64,000 nucleotides of DNA from Octopus sinensis (taxonomy: Eukaryota), in contig NC_043008.1 of NCBI RefSeq assembly GCF_006345805.1, forward strand, positions 62,001-126,000. The letters are read 5' to 3'. Positions 1-12,709 of this stretch are shown one piece after another. The position numbers and the translations under genes were made by a program. Position 1 is the stretch's first letter; each line of letters begins with the position of its first letter. The notes beneath the pieces were generated by a model. The model was not told where the DNA came from and did no database searches. It saw only the letters and a list, made by a program, of their open reading frames with translations.

Positions 1-203
1 CAGGTTTCTATACATATTTATATATGCATATGTATGTATGTATGTTCATACTTAGATTCCCATACACATATATAAGCTAGTGGCCACGCATTTCTTCAAG
101 GATTGGTGAAGTTGTTAATTTATTATTCAACAATCCTGAATTTTATTTAAATCTTTCCAATTTTTTCATTTGAACAGCATGTTGTATCCGTCAGTAGAGA
201 GAG

Positions 204-254
<51 letters not shown>

Positions 255-537
255 AGAGAGAACTATATAGAGAGATTTATTACAAACGTTAGTTAAAGCG
301 TACCCGGGTGTTTACCTCTGCAATGTTCTTCAACATCGGTACCTGACCTTCTGTTTTGCGCCACTGACAGGTTTCACGCAAGATAAGTTTTCCACGAACC
401 GGCGGGATTATGCATGTAACAGAACACAATAAAGTACATTACATATATTTTAATTAATTCATATATAATCACTCTATTAAGGTCACAAAACCTGAAATTT
501 TGTTGGAGGAAATAAACCGATTACATCAACATCAGTG

Positions 538-612
538 CGAAAGTGGTTCTTATTTTATCGATTCCGAAAGGATGGAAGACAAAGTCGACCTCGTCGGAAT
601 TTTGAACTCAGA
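538..612 (-). mobile_element. SINE family A, partial
   Basis: Core ttatcga..ccgaaaggatg.aag.caaagtcgacctcg.cggaattttgaactcaga. Confidence 0.7.
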
Positions 613-1871
613 TTACATCTTAGTGATCTGAAAAAAAAGAAAGAAAGATGTATTATAATGGATGTTATCCTTGTTACTTTATTCTTGAAAGTAAGACGTT
701 GGTTGGACGTTAAACTCGCGGCAGAAGATATACCGCTTAGCATTTTTGCATGGCGTTGCTTACGATTTGTGGCAGATGAAGACGGTTTAAGATGAGCCCT
801 TTGATAAACTCCCACCTTTTTTGGGAGGTAATCATGTATAGCACTATTTCACTCTATTTAGAAATCATCAGCATGGCGTAACCCGTGGCGTATATTAATT
901 ACTCATGTTATGAAGCGAGACATATCTTCTAGATTGAAAACAATTCCATTTTTTTGAGAGGGTGAGGTGTTGTTCAAGCAGGCTAACATGAAAACGACAT
1001 CTTGGTTAAAGTATCAATACCATTTACGTCTGCTTACTATTTTACTGACCCTGGACATGGTTGGGCTGCTGTGTGATTCGAACTCAGAAAGTAAAACGAC
1101 GTTACTAACGCCACAAAACTTCTCATCGGTCGCCAGTATTTTCACAGCCATTATATGTGATATGTACATTAGCATGATCAACGTTACTCCGCTGGCGCAT
1201 TGGCGATGTGGCTGATTCAAGACAGGTTCGGACAGAATCTCCTCCCAAGATTCGTTCAGGATTTCTAAATTCAAACCCAACGGAATTGACCTTGCTTTTC
1301 TTCCTTTAGAAAGCGATGAATATAATATCTACCCAGGGTGGTAGACTGACAGAAGTGTTAGGGAATTGTGCGAAATAACTTATGGCATTTCAGATTTTAG
1401 CTCAAATTCTCCTCCAGGTGTCGATAACCAAGGTTAATAACTAGATCACGGGTGCACCATGTCTCACAAGCACACAGTTAGCCAGCATGGATAGGCAGAC
1501 ATGCAGGCACCATAGATTAGTCAGTAACAACATGGTGAGGTTTTCACTCAAAAATGTAGATAAAAAAAATCTTAGCCGGCTTTTTCCTCTAGAGTTGACT
1601 CTAAGTGGTACTAGAAAAATATTGCAGCTTAATAAATAAACACGAACACAGATATCAAGATATGTGGTGAATGGCGGAAGCAGCAGAACGACTGACTAAA
1701 ATATATTGCACTAAGTCGTTACGACCTTTTAGGATCTGATCCTAATTCATAAAGGGGCGATTTGATTTACTTCTTGCTCGTCCGTAATCGGTAAACGAGG
1801 TAACAGTCGAATAAATTCTAAGGGGTCAATTCAGTAGCTTATGTTCATTTTGTTTTTCTGTAAATTTATAG

Positions 1872-2395
1872 TTTTCTACTCTAGGCCCGAAATTTAGGGG
1901 GAAGGGGCCAGTCGATTAGATCGACTCCAGTACGCAACTGGTTCTTAATTTATCGACCCTGAAAGTATGAAAGGCAAAGTCGATCTTGGTAGAATTTGAA
2001 CTCAGAAGTTAAAGGCAGACGAAATACCTATTTCTTTACTACCCACAAGGGGCTAAACACAGAGAGGACAAACAAGGACAGACAAAGGGATTAAGTCGAT
2101 TATATCGACCCCAGTGCGTAAATGGTACTTATTTAATCGACCCCGAAAGGAGGAAAGGCAAAGTCGACCTCGGCGGAATTTGAACTCAGAACGTAGCTGC
2201 AGACGAAATACCTATTTCTTTACTACCTACAAGGGGCTAAACACAGGAAGGCCAAACAAGGACGGACAAACGGATTAAGTCGATTATATCGACCCCAATG
2301 TGTAACTAGTACTTATTTAATCGACCCCGAAAGGATGAAAGGCAAAGTCGACCTCGGCGAAATTTGAACTCAGAACGTAACGGCAGACGAAATAC
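1872..2395 (-). mobile_element. SINE family A, three-unit tandem array (about 184-bp period)
   Basis: The core with B-box-like GAGTTCAAATTCC (minus strand) occurs three times; the cctatttcttt junction is at 2027 and 2211. Confidence 0.9.
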
Positions 2396-2959
2396 TAAAG
2401 TTTCTGGCCTTGTGTCAGTAGAAAGTGAAGTTTTAATTTCATAAACAGAGGTTGATTAAATCGAGAGAAAATAATCTCATCTCTGAAAGCCTTGCTCCTA
2501 ACTTCTCGTGGAAAAAACTAAGGCATTTCAAGCTTAATGTAATTGTATAAAGGCAGCCCCAAAGTATCTACTTCCGTCTCTTTAATTTGTGAGTTCAAAC
2601 ATAGTCGTGAGGTTCATCTTTATTTTTCATTCCTCCCGAGACGGTAGATTAAACTGTCTGAGATGTTCTGGGTTAATCCAGGTATATCTGTCTCTCAGAC
2701 CAATTTATGACTTTCTGTCAATCTATATAATCCAGTAATTAATGTAACTGGAAAACAATTAGTATTGCTATTGTTTTTCTTCTTTGCTTTGTTTGAAGTA
2801 ACTGGCGGACCCAGTCTGCCTTTCGAACCGCTAATAAAGCTGAGAGGACTTTAAAGATTATTTCATGTCACGAAACAATAACTTACTTTAAAAAGCACCT
2901 AATCTTTGAAAAACAAAAACCTTAAACAATGCACAGGTGTGTTTAAAGTGTCTTTATAT

Positions 2960-2996
2960 ACACATGCATACATAATATGTACATACATATATATAC

Positions 2997-3093
<97 letters not shown>

Positions 3094-3427
3094 TTAGTTG
3101 TATGCGTATAGCTGTGAGTAGACTCAGTATATTGTTGGTGTATGTGAAGGTGTATATATACATATGCCTGCGCTTACTTTTATGTACACTAAGTAAATAT
3201 GTGTGTATGCATTGGCTTATATAGCCGCATATGTGTGTATGTCTGTTTGTGCGTGTTTGCTCGCGTGTGTGTGTTTATATACATATACATACATTACATA
3301 TACATATATATATATATACATATATATATAATATATATATATAATATATATATTATATATATATATATACATGCATAAATATATATATATACACACACAA
3401 GCACACACACGCGAGCAAACACAGACG

Positions 3428-3458
<31 letters not shown>

Positions 3459-3520
3459 ACATACAGGCGCACAGGCACATACATATGTATATATATATAT
3501 ACATATATATATATAATTTG
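2960..3520. repeat. (TA)n/(TATG)n/(CA)n compound microsatellites
   Basis: Direct reading. Confidence 0.95.
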
Positions 3521-4100
3521 TAGTATTAATCCATCCTAAACCTCATCCTTATATGGTGTTGCACTAAGTGTACGTTCCGTACTGGAAATTGATAAATAGG
3601 GAAATAAGTTACTGTTGCTGTGTCGAAACCTCAGGTCAACCCTGATGGAGCAGACCTACAAATTAAGATGATCCGTTCCGCCTCTCTCTCATGAAAGGAC
3701 CAACCCAAAAAGGAGCGGTCACATCGCGGCCCCAGTAACCTTTGCATTGCTACTATGTGGACAGATCCAGAAAGAAACAAGAATCACTACAAGTATGTGC
3801 GTATAAGTCAGGCATGGACTTCCTTTTGGGAGATGCGGGCTGCATGAGATAGGAATCCTCATCAGAAGGGCCGCGTTGCTCAAAGAATTTCAGGTAATTT
3901 TTGTTCGTTAGGCGGTGCCATTCAGAAAGTCCTGCGAGATGCAGTTTTCCCTTAAGTCGTACAGGTCACAGTTGTGGGCAGGTTTAGTCCCGGAAAGATA
4001 CGGTTCGTTATTGAATGAATGGTGATTATTAACTGAAGATTTGTAAATGAAAACTTGTCTGAATACCTAACTTGTTGATGGTTAGTGGCGTGTGTGTTTA

Positions 4101-4197
4101 TGTATGTATGTATGTATGTATGTATGTATGTATGTATGTATGTATGTATGTATGTATGTATGTATGTATGTATGTATGTATGTATGTATGTATGTAT
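4101..4197. repeat. (TATG)n
   Basis: About 24 perfect units. Confidence 0.98.
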
Positions 4198-4202
4198 ATT
4201 GT

Positions 4203-4460
4203 AAGGATGCATGGCCTCGTGGTTGGGGCGTTGCAATCTCGATCGCTAGGTCGTGGTTTCAATTCCTTCGACCAGGTGGTGTGTTGTGCTCTTAAGCAAG
4301 ACACTTCATCTTTTGCTGTGCGATCACTTCGACACTTGACGCGCGGTACACTTGTGCAGCTGTTCAGGCAACGTCGATTTGATGGAGAGAGAGTGAGGTA
4401 ATGTACATCACATGCTTTTGATCACAATAAAGAAATCGTTTGTGTAGCTTGTTTAGCAAG
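4203..4460 (+). mobile_element. SINE family D with tRNA-like head
   Basis: atggcctcgtggtt...ggtttcaattcc...gtgttgtgctcttaagcaagacacttcatct; a relative lies at 25655-25900. Confidence 0.65.
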
Positions 4461-4499
4461 AACTCGCAGAACCGCCTTCTTTCAGACTACAAGAGACTA

Positions 4500-4667
4500 C
4501 CTATTTCTTTACTACCCACAAGGGGCTAAACACAGAGAGGACAAACAAGGATAGACAAACGGATTAAGTCGATTATATCGAGCCTACTGTTTAACTGGTA
4601 CTTAATTTATCGACCCCGAAAGGATGAAAAGTAAAGTCGACCTCGGCGGAATTTGAACTCAGAACGT
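4500..4667 (-). mobile_element. SINE family A, single internal unit
   Basis: Same as the 184-bp unit of 1872-2395. Confidence 0.85.
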
Positions 4668-5078
4668 CTTCTATGGTATTGTTGCAAAATGCGGCCTCCT
4701 GACGCGAACACGGCTCCTACAAACTAGTCAGCTGTTGGGAAACAGCTGGCTAGCCCAGCAAGCCAACTTGCTTAGAGAGGAAGAAGTAGCCGTACCTGGC
4801 TGGATGCTTTTAGTAACGTGGTTCTTCGTCGCCCGGGTTCACCTCGACTGGCCACATCACATCTCTTTACGCTGGCTGTCTTCGTTGCCAACTTCACACT
4901 ATTTGTTTATGTTGTCACCTTACACCACAGGTTTCCTCACCAGTTCAAATCCTCCACCACACGGCTAATACGCACAAATTAGTCACGTGATCAATAAGGT
5001 TATTTCTCCTTCGTAACATTATTAAACATGATACATATGATATTATATGAAGATGATGGTAGTCCCTTGTAATCTGAG

Positions 5079-5241
5079 AAGGCGGCGAGCTGGCAGAAAC
5101 GTTAGCACGCCGGGCGAAATGCTCAGCGGTATTTCATCCTTTCGGTGTCGATAAATTAAGTACCAGTTGCGTACTGAAGTCGATCTAATCGACTGGCCCC
5201 TCTCCCAAAATTTCGGGCTTTCTGCTTAGAGCAGAAAAGAA
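5079..5241 (+). mobile_element. SINE family A with tRNA-like head
   Basis: aaggcggcgagctggcagaaacgttagcacgccgggcgaaatg head; internal deletion. Confidence 0.85.
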
Positions 5242-5414
5242 TACCATAGATGACATAAAACTCACATTAGGCCAACATGACCAGCACATATTCAGGTTAA
5301 AAATAAAAAATGAAGCTTTTAGTGCGTTAAAAGAAAATTAACTTATGGGCGGCCCAACTTTGTATATAGGACCCGGGTAATTTGTTTGGAAAAATATGTC
5401 TTCAAATGCTGCTG

Positions 5415-5484
5415 TGTATATACGTGTGTGTACGTGTACATGTTTGTATAAATGTATGTGCGAATATGTATTTGTATGTATGTA

Positions 5485-5565
<81 letters not shown>

Positions 5566-5650
5566 TAGCATATCTGTGTGTCTATGTGTGTGTGTATGTA
5601 TGTATATGCGTATGCATGTCTGTGTATATATATGTGTGTGTGTATAGGTT
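5415..5650. repeat. (TA)n/(TG)n compound microsatellite
   Basis: Direct reading. Confidence 0.95.
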
Positions 5651-6306
5651 CTCAGTGACATAGTTATGCGCATATAAGTATATCAAGTTAGGATGGAAGA
5701 CGTGTGTTTATGTAAGAGATGTAAAGGTAAACAAGCTGTGTTGACAGAGTAAATAGGTGTGTTGGCAAGTGCGTATAAGTGAATATGGCCGTAGGTAGTC
5801 AGCTTGGTAGATAGTCGAGATAAATAGTAAATATCACATGCTATGAAATACTAAGTAGTCAACTAGTTGGGTACCTAGGAGATAAGGAATGTAGCTATTC
5901 CGCGAGGAAAGGGGTGGGTTGTGAGTTTTCTTGTTTTGTTTTAAGGTGTGTCATCATCTTTGCTATTATCATCACCATTTAATGTCCGTTTTCCACATTG
6001 GCACAAGTTGAATGATTCGACAAAAGCTAACTGGTCAGGGGACTGCGTCAAGGATCACTGCTTTGGTGTGATTTCTGCGGCTGGATGATGTCCTTCCTAA
6101 TGGTGACCAATTTTATTCAGAAGATTTGGATCGACTCGAAGTTATAGTAAAAAGTCAGTTAATCACGATGCCGTCCCGTGGTTTTGAAACAGGTATCCCA
6201 TGATTGCGAAGAAAACTTCATGACCATTCGTCTTAACGTTTGCAGGTTTAGTTCATCACCAACAATTCACCGTGAGGAAGTTCACTGTGAGGAATGTTTA
6301 CAGTAA

Positions 6307-6739
6307 AGTGATGGCTTGTTGCGAACTTAATGTTGCAGTCTCAGAAAAGGGAAGAATATTAGTTATTTAACCCCAAGAAACATCGGTTCTAGTTGGCTAC
6401 GCGACACAAGCGTCCTTAGGTTTTCAATCAGGAGAGATAAGCACCCCCACCCAACAAAGCCAACATCCAGAGACTAATTTCAGGGTAATTGCCCTTCATC
6501 TGTCTGGAGTAGCTTAGCCTTGCTAGATGTCACTGCTAAACCGCTGTTTACCTTGAAATTAGTTTCTGGAAGCTGGCTATTTTTGGGTGGAGGTGTTTAT
6601 CTCCCCTGTTTGAAAACTTAAGGACACAGAACGCTTGTGTCACTTAGCCAACTAGAAACGGTGTTTCTTGGGGCTAAACAGCAGTGATATTCTTCCCTTT
6701 TCTGGGACTGCCACATTAAGTTGGCAACAAGCCATCACT
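6307..6739. mobile_element. MITE/foldback element, about 185-bp diverged inverted arms
   Basis: 6307-6488 (agtgatggcttgttgc...atttcagggtaa) vs 6548-6739 (ttaccttgaaatt...gcaacaagccatcact); 59-nt spacer. Confidence 0.75.
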
Positions 6740-7127
6740 ACACACACACACACACACCAGTACAGTGACTGATATAAGTAAAACATAAAAGATTTATCTG
6801 ACGTTGATTACTAAGAGGCGCCATCTGCTTGAAAGGCAATAGTTAAGTCAGTATTAAACCATTTAATGTTGTAAGCATCAGAAATTTTTACTGGAAATAT
6901 GTAGGAAGTGTTCAGGGAAGGACTTAACGATATAAGTACTGTTAAAGACAGGCCCTGTAAATAAATTGCTAGAAATAACAGCCAAGCATCCCATATTTTG
7001 CACAGTAACGTTTTAAATAGAGACGGTTAACATTGATCATGAAATTTTTGATGTATAAAAGCGACTGGATGTTGACGATACGAATGCCTCTTAACATAGG
7101 TCTTCTCTATATCGAGAATGGGGTTCA

Positions 7128-7250
7128 CCATCACCACCACCACAAACAACAACAACAACAACAACTACTACTACTACTTATACTATTGCTGCTGTTACTA
7201 CAACTACTACTACTACTGCTGCTGTTCCTCCTCCTCCTCCTCCTCCTCCT

Positions 7251-7303
<53 letters not shown>

Positions 7304-7700
7304 GCTGCTGCTACTGCTACTGCCACTTTTACTGCAAGCGGCTACAGGCAGTCTTATTACAGACTTAACGACGTAGGCCTCAACAAAAGAAGTTTCAAGT
7401 CCGATTTATGCGACAACAAAAGCCAGAACTAATAAAGAGGTTTAATTAATAGTGGCTTCAAGCGAAACATTAACAGCAACAATAACAATAATAATAATAA
7501 TAACAATAATAATCATAACAATAACAAGGACTACATAGACGACACAAGCAACAACAACTACAACGAAAACAATAATAACAACCGGAGAATATAAGAGAAG
7601 AACGCATCCATGAAACAATGGCGACGACAATGATGTTAACTGCAACAAGAACAACAAACTCTTCAATGATAATGACAAAAATAACAACAAGGAGACGAAC
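7128..7700. repeat. Compound trinucleotide tracts (CAC, CAA, CTA, CTG, CTC; then AAT/AAC)
   Basis: Direct reading. Confidence 0.9.
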
Positions 7701-7822
7701 AATGTGGTTGCAATCTGAGGCTAATGAGGGAGCCGCTGTGTGGTTGGTTTCGCGATCGGCTAGAAATAGCAGTCAAATCTCCTTCAAATTGTATTCAAAT
7801 GATTTTGAGTAGGGGACATATT

Positions 7823-8140
7823 GTTTTCTACTCTAGGCACAGGTCCCGAAATTTTGGGGGAGGAGCCCAGTCGATTATATCAACCCCAGTATGTAACTGG
7901 TACTTAATTTATCGACCCCGAAAGGATGAAAAGTAAAGTCGACCTCAGCGGTGTTTGAACTCAGAACGTAAAGACTGACGAAATACTGCTAAGCATTTCG
8001 CCCGGTGTGCTAACGCTTCTGCCAGCTCGCCGCCTTCTATTCTTTTCTAGTCTAGGTACAAGGCTCGAAATTTTGGGAGAGGGGGTCAGTCGATTAGAAC
8101 CACCCCAGTACGCAGCTGGTACTTAATTTATCGACCCCTA
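7823..8140 (-). mobile_element. SINE family A, full copy plus adjacent partial copy
   Basis: Full copy 7823-8036; second tail 8040-8140. Confidence 0.9.
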
Positions 8141-8203
8141 AGGATGTGTGTGTATGTGTGTGCTAGTGAATGTGTCTATATGTGCGAGCGTGTGTGTGTG
8201 TGA

Positions 8204-8257
<54 letters not shown>

Positions 8258-8499
8258 TGTGTGTGTGATTATGGATCTGTTTATGATCTGAGCTGACCTG
8301 GAGTTAAACGAGTACAACAATAATGGCAACAGCATCGCTAACTTAACGAAAGAAACAAACTGAAATAACGAAGACAGCAACATCAAGAACAACAACCACA
8401 GCCACAACATCAGGAGCGTTGGTATCAGCAAGTGGAACAAGAATAAGAATGACAGCAACAAGAACAGCAACAATGGTCAGCTGTAACAATTGTTACTAA

Positions 8500-8795
8500 A
8501 AGTATTTCGTCAGCATTAATATCATAATCATTATTCTCATCAAAACCACCACCACCACCACCATCAGCGTCATCATCATCATCCGCGCCATATCCATCAC
8601 CATTATCATCGTCGTCGTCGTCGCCTTTGTCATCATCCTCAACATTGTCGTCGTCGTCGGCATCATCATCACCAGCACCACCACCATCATCATCATTATC
8701 GTCGTTGTCGTAGTCATCATCATCATCATCGTTGTCGTTGTCGTCGTCGCCTTCGTTGTCGTCGTCGTCGTTGTCATCATCATCACCATCATCAC

Positions 8796-8845
<50 letters not shown>

Positions 8846-9190
8846 CCATCATCAACATCACCATCATCATCATCATCACCATCATCATCGTCGTCATCAT
8901 CATCACCATCATTACCATCATCATCATCATCATCAACATCATCATCATCATCATCATCACCATCATCATCGTCGTCATCATCATCACCATCATCACCATC
9001 ATCATCACTATCGTCATCACTACCACCTCAACCACCATCATTTTCCACATCAACGTCTTCATCGTCCATCTTCATTCTATTGCCATCATCTTCGTCCTCC
9101 TCATCATCATCATGACGACGACGACAACCACCACCACCACCACCATCACCATCACCACCATCACCATCACCACCACCACCACCACCACCA
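8500..9190. repeat. (CAT)n/(CAC)n/(CGT)n trinucleotide tract
   Basis: Direct reading; explains the poly-M, poly-S and poly-H ORFs. Confidence 0.95.
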
Positions 9191-9802
9191 CTCCCCACCT
9201 GTTCCGCATCATAATTATCAAGAAAAATTCAACAACAATAACGACATCAAGGATGATAAAAAGCGATGCTGACGGGTGGAAAACGTTTGGAAGTAAAGCG
9301 ATGAAGTGGATAAAATGATGTTTCCCGAGGAATCCCATTGTTTTCCCAATTCATTTGTCGTATTTCTCGAATCTGTTTTGCTTTCTTCGTTTATTGTTTT
9401 CGCTGATTTACGTTGCTTTCTTTTCAAAAGTTTCTCCATTGATGTTTCTCAGTTCATCTCGTAACTTTGTCATTCAGGTCGACTTTTCCTCTTCCTCCGT
9501 TTCGAGGTCAATGAAATAAATATCAGTCGAGTATTATTGGCTTTATTGATTTTAGAACGGTTGTGATAATGAAAATAAACATCGTTTGAAACATGCATAC
9601 TCCATCTTCCTCCTCCTTCTCTTCCTCTCCTCACTCCGCCTCCTACTTTCCAGATCCTTCCCCTCCCTCTCTCCTTATCACAGACAACACACACTTATAC
9701 ATACGCACATATATACAATCATAAACGCATACATATATGGCGATTGCCCCACTCAGGATCGAAGAAGACCATCACTGACCATTGTCCAGGCAAAATACCA
9801 GC

Positions 9803-10596
9803 AATGTATATAATTTGATTTTTAATCTTTAATGTATTTCATAAATATATTGATATTTAATATTTATGTAAGTAATAATGGACTAATTAATTTATTTATT
9901 TTTCATTATATATCTATATATTTATTGATAGAGTAAATTTTAGATTTTAGTTACTATATTTGTTGATAATAATTTAGTTATTATTATTAAATATTTTATA
10001 ATTATTAGATGTGAACTTAAATCTATAAATATGAATAGTGATTATTTTGTTAAATAATTTGGTAATTAAATATTGGACTATAACTGAGTTAAGGATATTC
10101 GTGAGTTTATTATGTTTTTTAAAGCCATATTATATCTTCATAGATAAATACATACTTCTATCTGTTTTTTTACCTTAAAAATAAATATTTAATATAATAA
10201 ATGAGTTGTATGACATAATCCTAATGTTTTAAGTTTCTAATTTAGATAATAGAGTTTTTTTATAAGAAAAATTATTACTTTATTTATTTCTTTAAAAATA
10301 TTGTTTAACTCTATTTGCTTATTTATTTAACTGTTATCAATAACCTGAAGATTGACTAGAATTTTAGTTTGGATTTATTTCAATTGGATTTAAACTTAGT
10401 TGTAATTCGAATTAAATTATAGCTATGAAACGTACGTAGTGTTTTTATTTATTATATTATATTTATCATTCTTTTTATATTTTTTGGGGAAAAATTTATA
10501 TATATATTATATCAATTATATTTATATTATTTGTTATTTATGTATTGGTTTATGTCTATCATTGTTTGAGTTGCCTAATAGTGGCTTTATCTCTAA

Positions 10597-10600
<4 letters not shown>
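9803..10600. other. AT-rich island (roughly 80-90% AT), possible decayed mitochondrial insertion (NUMT)
   Basis: Non-microsatellite sequence; 6-15 G+C per 60-nt line in the lines counted; T>A and G>C skew; no gene confidently recognised. Confidence 0.3.
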
Positions 10601-10646
<46 letters not shown>

Positions 10647-10652
<6 letters not shown>

Positions 10653-10916
10653 TAAAAAAATGGAGTTAACGCAGGTGTAATCAAATATTTTTACTTTCGA
10701 CACATGTTTCGAAAATTCCACTGATACTATTCAAAAGAATAAATGGTATAAACAATGCAATCTTCTCCTCAGGAAAGTGAAAAAAACGAAACTCGTCAAT
10801 AAGACATTTTAGCAAAAAATGATGGATTTGTATAGCGATAGACAGAACGCTATTAATATGTGTCGAAAGTAAAAATATTTGATTACACCTGCGTTAACTC
10901 AATTTTTTTATTCATA
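10647..10916. mobile_element. Small foldback element with 59-bp terminal inverted repeats containing a hammerhead
   Basis: 10647-10705 is the reverse complement of 10858-10916 with 1 mismatch. Confidence 0.75.
10693..10778 (-). ncRNA. Type I hammerhead ribozyme motif, core intact
   Basis: Minus strand reads actttc-CTGAGGA-gaagatt...(41 nt)...aattttc-GAAAC-ATGT-GTC-gaaagt. Helix I is 6 bp perfect, helix II 7 bp with G10.1-C11.1, cleavage triplet GUC. Confidence 0.75.
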
Positions 10917-11062
10917 TTATTCAAAATATTCAACGTAAACACGAAGTTTCTACCTTTATAAACAAGGAGTTACAACACCTTTACTTGTGAGATTTTTGCT
11001 GCCCTGGTAACTATTTATTTATTTTTTTCCGTGTTAATTGTTAACAAGGTAAAAATACACTC

Positions 11063-11104
<42 letters not shown>

Positions 11105-11353
11105 TATATATATATGTCAATAGAGTCATCACTATTAAATAGTACTTGTACATGTAGTCAGTGGAACAGGGTTCATAATTCAATTAGTATAATGTATATG
11201 TATGTGTGTGTGTGTGTATATATACATAGTTATGCATGTATACATATATATGTATGCATACATACGTATGTACATGCGCACAAAAAAAACAAACAAATGC
11301 ATACATATTTACATACATACATGCATATATACATGTATACGCATACACACATA

Positions 11354-11419
<66 letters not shown>

Positions 11420-11657
11420 TATATATATATATAAACATATATGACAAAACAAAACAATCTCCTACGATAAGTATCGATAATAATCATGATTATACCATCC
11501 GTGCTCTCACGTATCAGGTGTGTGACTGAGTTATCTTTATATTTTACCCTTTTCGCTCTCACCCACACCTTTCCAATGTAGACAATGTTTATTTGTAACG
11601 GAGAAAAAAATAATAACAAGGTGTCTTCAAGTGCTTTGAATTTGATGCTTCGTCATC

Positions 11658-11691
<34 letters not shown>

Positions 11692-11738
11692 GTTGTTGTT
11701 GTTGTTGTTGTTGTTGTTATCATTAATAATCATATTTA

Positions 11739-11945
11739 AGACGACGAGCTGGCAGAATCGTTAGCAAGCTGGACGAAATGCTTAGCGGTTTTTCGCCCGT
11801 CGCTACGTTCTGAGTTCAAATTCCGCCGAGGTCGACTTTGCTTTTCGTCCTTTCGGGATCGATGAAATAAGTACCAGTTACGTACTGGGGTTGATGTGAG
11901 CGACTAGTCCTATCTTCCAAATTTCAGGCTTTGTGCCTATTCTAG
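11739..11945 (+). mobile_element. SINE family A
   Basis: Head, B box and core all present. Confidence 0.85.
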
Positions 11946-11974
11946 AAAGGATTAATAATAATAATAATTATATA

Positions 11975-12032
<58 letters not shown>

Positions 12033-12709
12033 ATATATATATATAGGCTCAGGCCTTTGTTTTACTCTTAGTTGAAAAACACTGAAACCGGTACTAAGCG
12101 TTGCAAAATGTATTTTATGATAAAGTTATCTCTGCATTTCCTACCGTATCTTATTTTTCTTATACATATCACCTCGTATGCTGCTTTTCAACCTTGTGTA
12201 TATATATTTACAAGGCTGAAATAATAATAATAGTACTTTGTAAGTTTAAAGCTTATAAGCAATCACCGCGCAATGACTAAAGAAAATAATCTAATAATGG
12301 GGCATATAAGCCCTCGACGGAAAAAGAAGGCTTTTCCGTGTAGGTGGGACGCGAACCTACGGCTCTTTGTTTTCGTGACAAGAATGCTACTATTTCACTA
12401 GCGCACAACCTGCCGCATTCCGTCAGATTTAAGAACTATAATTAGTTCGTAGTGTTGTTTTTGTAAACAAATTTTCTTGTGCTTTTACTGCGATAGTTTT
12501 TGTTAAGCAGCGTCGATTTTTACAATTCTGTAACTAATAATAATAGTATTTTATAAACTTAAAGTTTATAAGCGATCACTGCGCAATGACTACAGAAAAT
12601 AGTCTAATAATGGGGCTTATAACCCCTCGACAGAAAAAAGTTAGTTTTCCTGTAACATCGCAGTAGAAGCACACGAAAGTTTGTTTACTAAAACAACATT
12701 ACGAATTAT

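Noticed and set aside
880-1280. Minus-strand LRHADDF resembling the RT YADD motif
   Set aside because: Isolated motif with many stops around it.
1872-2395. Regularly repeated SINE A units resembling a CRISPR or other array
   Set aside because: The whole 184-bp unit is repeated with no unique spacers, no cas genes are present, and the context is eukaryotic SINE.
5338-5375. atgggcggcccaactttgtata resembling a Tc1-type TIR
   Set aside because: No partner TIR or transposase found.
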